A DNA stretch of 64,000 bases from a virus (lineage: Duplodnaviria > Caudoviricetes), in the IMG/VR virus record IMGVR_UViG_2928503688_000006, positions 5,660 to 69,659 of that record; one strand, written 5' to 3'. Positions 62,111-64,000 of this stretch are shown here, one piece after another. The notes under the pieces were generated by a model. It was not told the DNA's origin and ran no database searches. It saw nothing but the letters and a program-made list of their open reading frames with translations. The position numbers and the translations under genes were made by a program. The first letter of the stretch is position 1. Each line of letters starts with the position of its first letter.

Positions 62111-62487
62111 GCGCGTTTTTGACCCCGATGGAAGTCGAAAACGCAACCGGTATGGATGATGGCAAGTGGCGCTTGACCGCGCCGCTGGTCTATCAGTCCG
62201 ATGTGGCCGGGATGACGTTCACGGTTCCGGCCGGAACGATTTCCGATTTCGCCTCCGTTCCGCGATTGCCTCTCGCCTACATGCTCTTTGGCGACCGGGC
62301 CAGCGAGGCGAGCGTGGTGCACGATTTTCTGTACGGTTCGCACCTGGTGCCGCGCTCGGTTGCCGATGCTGTTCTGCGCGAAGCATCGTCTGTGACTGGC
62401 GTTTCGTGGTTTGCGCGTAACGCGATGTGGCTCGGGGTGCGGTTGTTTGGGTGGTCGCACTGGAAGCCGAAGCCTGCAACTGCTTGA
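62107..62487 (+). CDS. DUF1353 family protein
   Basis: VPAGTISDFASVPR...VVHDFLY...AD..LREA. Confidence 0.88.
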   Translation: MSAFLTPMEVENATGMDDGKWRLTAPLVYQSDVAGMTFTVPAGTISDFASVPRLPLAYMLFGDRASEASVVHDFLYGSHLVPRSVADAVLREASSVTGVSWFARNAMWLGVRLFGWSHWKPKPATA

Positions 62488-62524
62488 AACTACGTCCGAG
62501 GCTCCGGTCTCGGGCGCACCCATC

Positions 62525-62710
62525 TTAGCCAGCCTCGCGCTGCGCATCCAGAATCAACTTAACCATCTCTTGATCCGTCATTGGCTTCTCGCCAATCAGA
62601 TGCGCAACGAAGCGCTCTGCGAGTTCGTCCGATGTGCCTAACATTTTCGCCCCTTCAACCATATCCTTACGAATTTCTTCGGGTGTCTTCTGTCTCAGCC
62701 AGTCTTCCAT
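62525..62710 (-). CDS. Small hypothetical protein
   Basis: 61-aa ORF overlapping the upstream stop region. Confidence 0.45.
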   Translation of the reverse strand: MEDWLRQKTPEEIRKDMVEGAKMLGTSDELAERFVAHLIGEKPMTDQEMVKLILDAQREAG

Positions 62711-63032
62711 TTCGCCTCCTATTGATTCGCCAGCACAGCATCGCGAACGTGGTTCTCGATCGGTTTTGGATCGTCGGTACAGTAGTCTTGCTGTCCATCG
62801 GGCCGCGCCATTCGTGGTCGATCAGCAATTGGTCGAGGTAGTCACCCATGGCAATTGTGGGCGACTCCACTATGAGACTATGGAGCGCCCCGATCGACTT
62901 TTCCCATTCTTCCGACTGGGTGCGCATCAACCTCACGAACAGACTCTTGTCCGCTTCATTCAAACCCATCGCAGTTAGTTTGCCCTCGTACTCCTGAAGC
63001 GCCTGCTCGATTATCACTTTCTCGAAACCCAT
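62667..63032 (-). CDS. Hypothetical protein
   Basis: GGAGG RBS before MGFEKV. Confidence 0.55.
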   Translation of the reverse strand: MGFEKVIIEQALQEYEGKLTAMGLNEADKSLFVRLMRTQSEEWEKSIGALHSLIVESPTIAMGDYLDQLLIDHEWRGPMDSKTTVPTIQNRSRTTFAMLCWRINRRRNGRLAETEDTRRNS

Positions 63033-63059
63033 CCCGCCTCCCGCGCCCACTGGCGCACA

Positions 63060-63374
63060 TCAATCAGCTCGCGTTAGCGGCGCGCCCACTTTCTTCCCAA
63101 TCTCAGCAGCAGCGCGAGTAATCGCCCGTCGAATATCCATCTTGCCGACTGCGATCAGTTCGCCGCGCGGATTGCGCACAGTGCCCTCGTTGAAATCGAC
63201 CGTTAGGCATAGTTTCCTGGCGAGGCCAAATGCGTCGCCGTCGTTTGTCAGCGGATCCCAAGGACGACGCAGCCTGTCTGGACCGCGCACCAGCAGCCGA
63301 TCCATGCCGTCCGTGGTTGAATAATCCAGCCCTGCCGCCCTAGCCGCTAGCATCATCAATTCCCTGTCGTCCAT
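63060..63374 (-). CDS. Conserved phage hypothetical protein
   Basis: MDDRELMMLAARAAG...WDPLTNDGDAF.L...RRAITRAAAEIGK. Confidence 0.8.
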   Translation of the reverse strand: MDDRELMMLAARAAGLDYSTTDGMDRLLVRGPDRLRRPWDPLTNDGDAFGLARKLCLTVDFNEGTVRNPRGELIAVGKMDIRRAITRAAAEIGKKVGAPLTRAD

Positions 63375-63457
63375 CCCAATCCCCTCGCCTACTTCGGTAG
63401 CGCTCCGTTAGCCGAATCCGGCACATCATCCCCAAACTTCCGTCCATCGCATAACCA

Positions 63458-64000
63458 CTACACCACCATCATCGTCGCCCGAAATCCGACTTCGTAAATC
63501 GGGTTGATGCATTCAATGGTATCTGCCACAACTCCGAATAGTTCCATTACTGTCTCGGCATCTATGTCAAATAATTCCCGATTGGACAAGATGCGCTTGT
63601 CGTAAAGGTGTGCGTGGATAGTGCCCTCGGCGGCCAGAGGGCATCGTACCTTAACGCTGCCAATCTCTACCCATGGCTCGGTCGCGGTTACGTTGAAACT
63701 ATTGATGCGTTGTCTGATGTTTCTTCGGGTCATCCCGATCTTGACCGGCCCGGCACCGCTATTCGCCATGGCGGCATAGATCCATCCCTGTCCCTTAGAG
63801 TCATCTGGCAACGCCAGCAATCGCTCCCTCAAGCTCCGGTATGGGTCATACGGCTCCTTCATGCGTTTCTCGATGGCGAGAGCCGTATTGATGTCCACGC
63901 CGCGTGGCATGCGTTTCGTTTTGCGGATGCGCCTGCCTTCGGCCCACAACTCGAACCGGATAACGTAGCATTCTTTTTCCTGATTGTATTCAACTGACAT
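63458..64000 (-). CDS. GIY-YIG (T5orf172) nuclease with integrase-arm-like N-terminus
   Basis: GWIYA...VKIGMT...R...E..IH..L...RI..RELF; start codon at the window edge. Confidence 0.8.
   Translation of the reverse strand: MSVEYNQEKECYVIRFELWAEGRRIRKTKRMPRGVDINTALAIEKRMKEPYDPYRSLRERLLALPDDSKGQGWIYAAMANSGAGPVKIGMTRRNIRQRINSFNVTATEPWVEIGSVKVRCPLAAEGTIHAHLYDKRILSNRELFDIDAETVMELFGVVADTIECINPIYEVGFRATMMVV

Larger units (their letters stand above)
1..64000. mobile_element. Temperate phage/prophage genome segment (lambdoid regulation, contractile tail); continues beyond both edges
   Basis: Continuous phage modules from recombination through lysis; no host genes; ORFs abut or are cut by both edges. 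Confidence 0.96.

Noticed and set aside
1-64000. CRISPR array
   Set aside because: No regularly spaced identical repeats with unique spacers; the repeats found are iterons, operators or hairpin arms.

Overview
The whole window is phage DNA: a temperate phage or prophage with a contractile tail. No host housekeeping genes, integrase or att site are visible. A Burkholderiales host is my inference from recognised protein families and high GC. The layout is lambdoid. A leftward early operon (1-10070) encodes a beta-clamp-like protein, DEDDh exonuclease, Gp157, SSB, ERF, a GHKL ATPase, many small ORFs and structured non-coding tracts. The cI/cro switch has five TAGCGAWTCGCTA-type operators. The rightward early operon encodes an O-like initiator with iterons, DnaB, an SNF2-methylase fusion, DUF4406, DUF5664, NinB, Ref, a C5-like methylase, Q and an HNH nuclease. 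A late promoter and a 760-nt hairpin array precede terminase, portal, a NUDIX-protease-scaffold fusion, capsid, sheath, tube, tape measure-SLT, baseplate and fibres. An antisense GT2 glycosyltransferase and HigBA follow, then a lysis module interrupted by a second tailspike cassette, and more leftward small genes at the right edge. The most unusual signals are three fibre/spike-like proteins with Sec signal peptides and Gln at +1, tiled stem-closed RNA arrays sharing a 13-mer between early and late transcripts, a recurring beta-rich insert in head, sheath and baseplate proteins, and leaderless cI, cro and higB. Family assignments come from motif recognition only; no database search was run.
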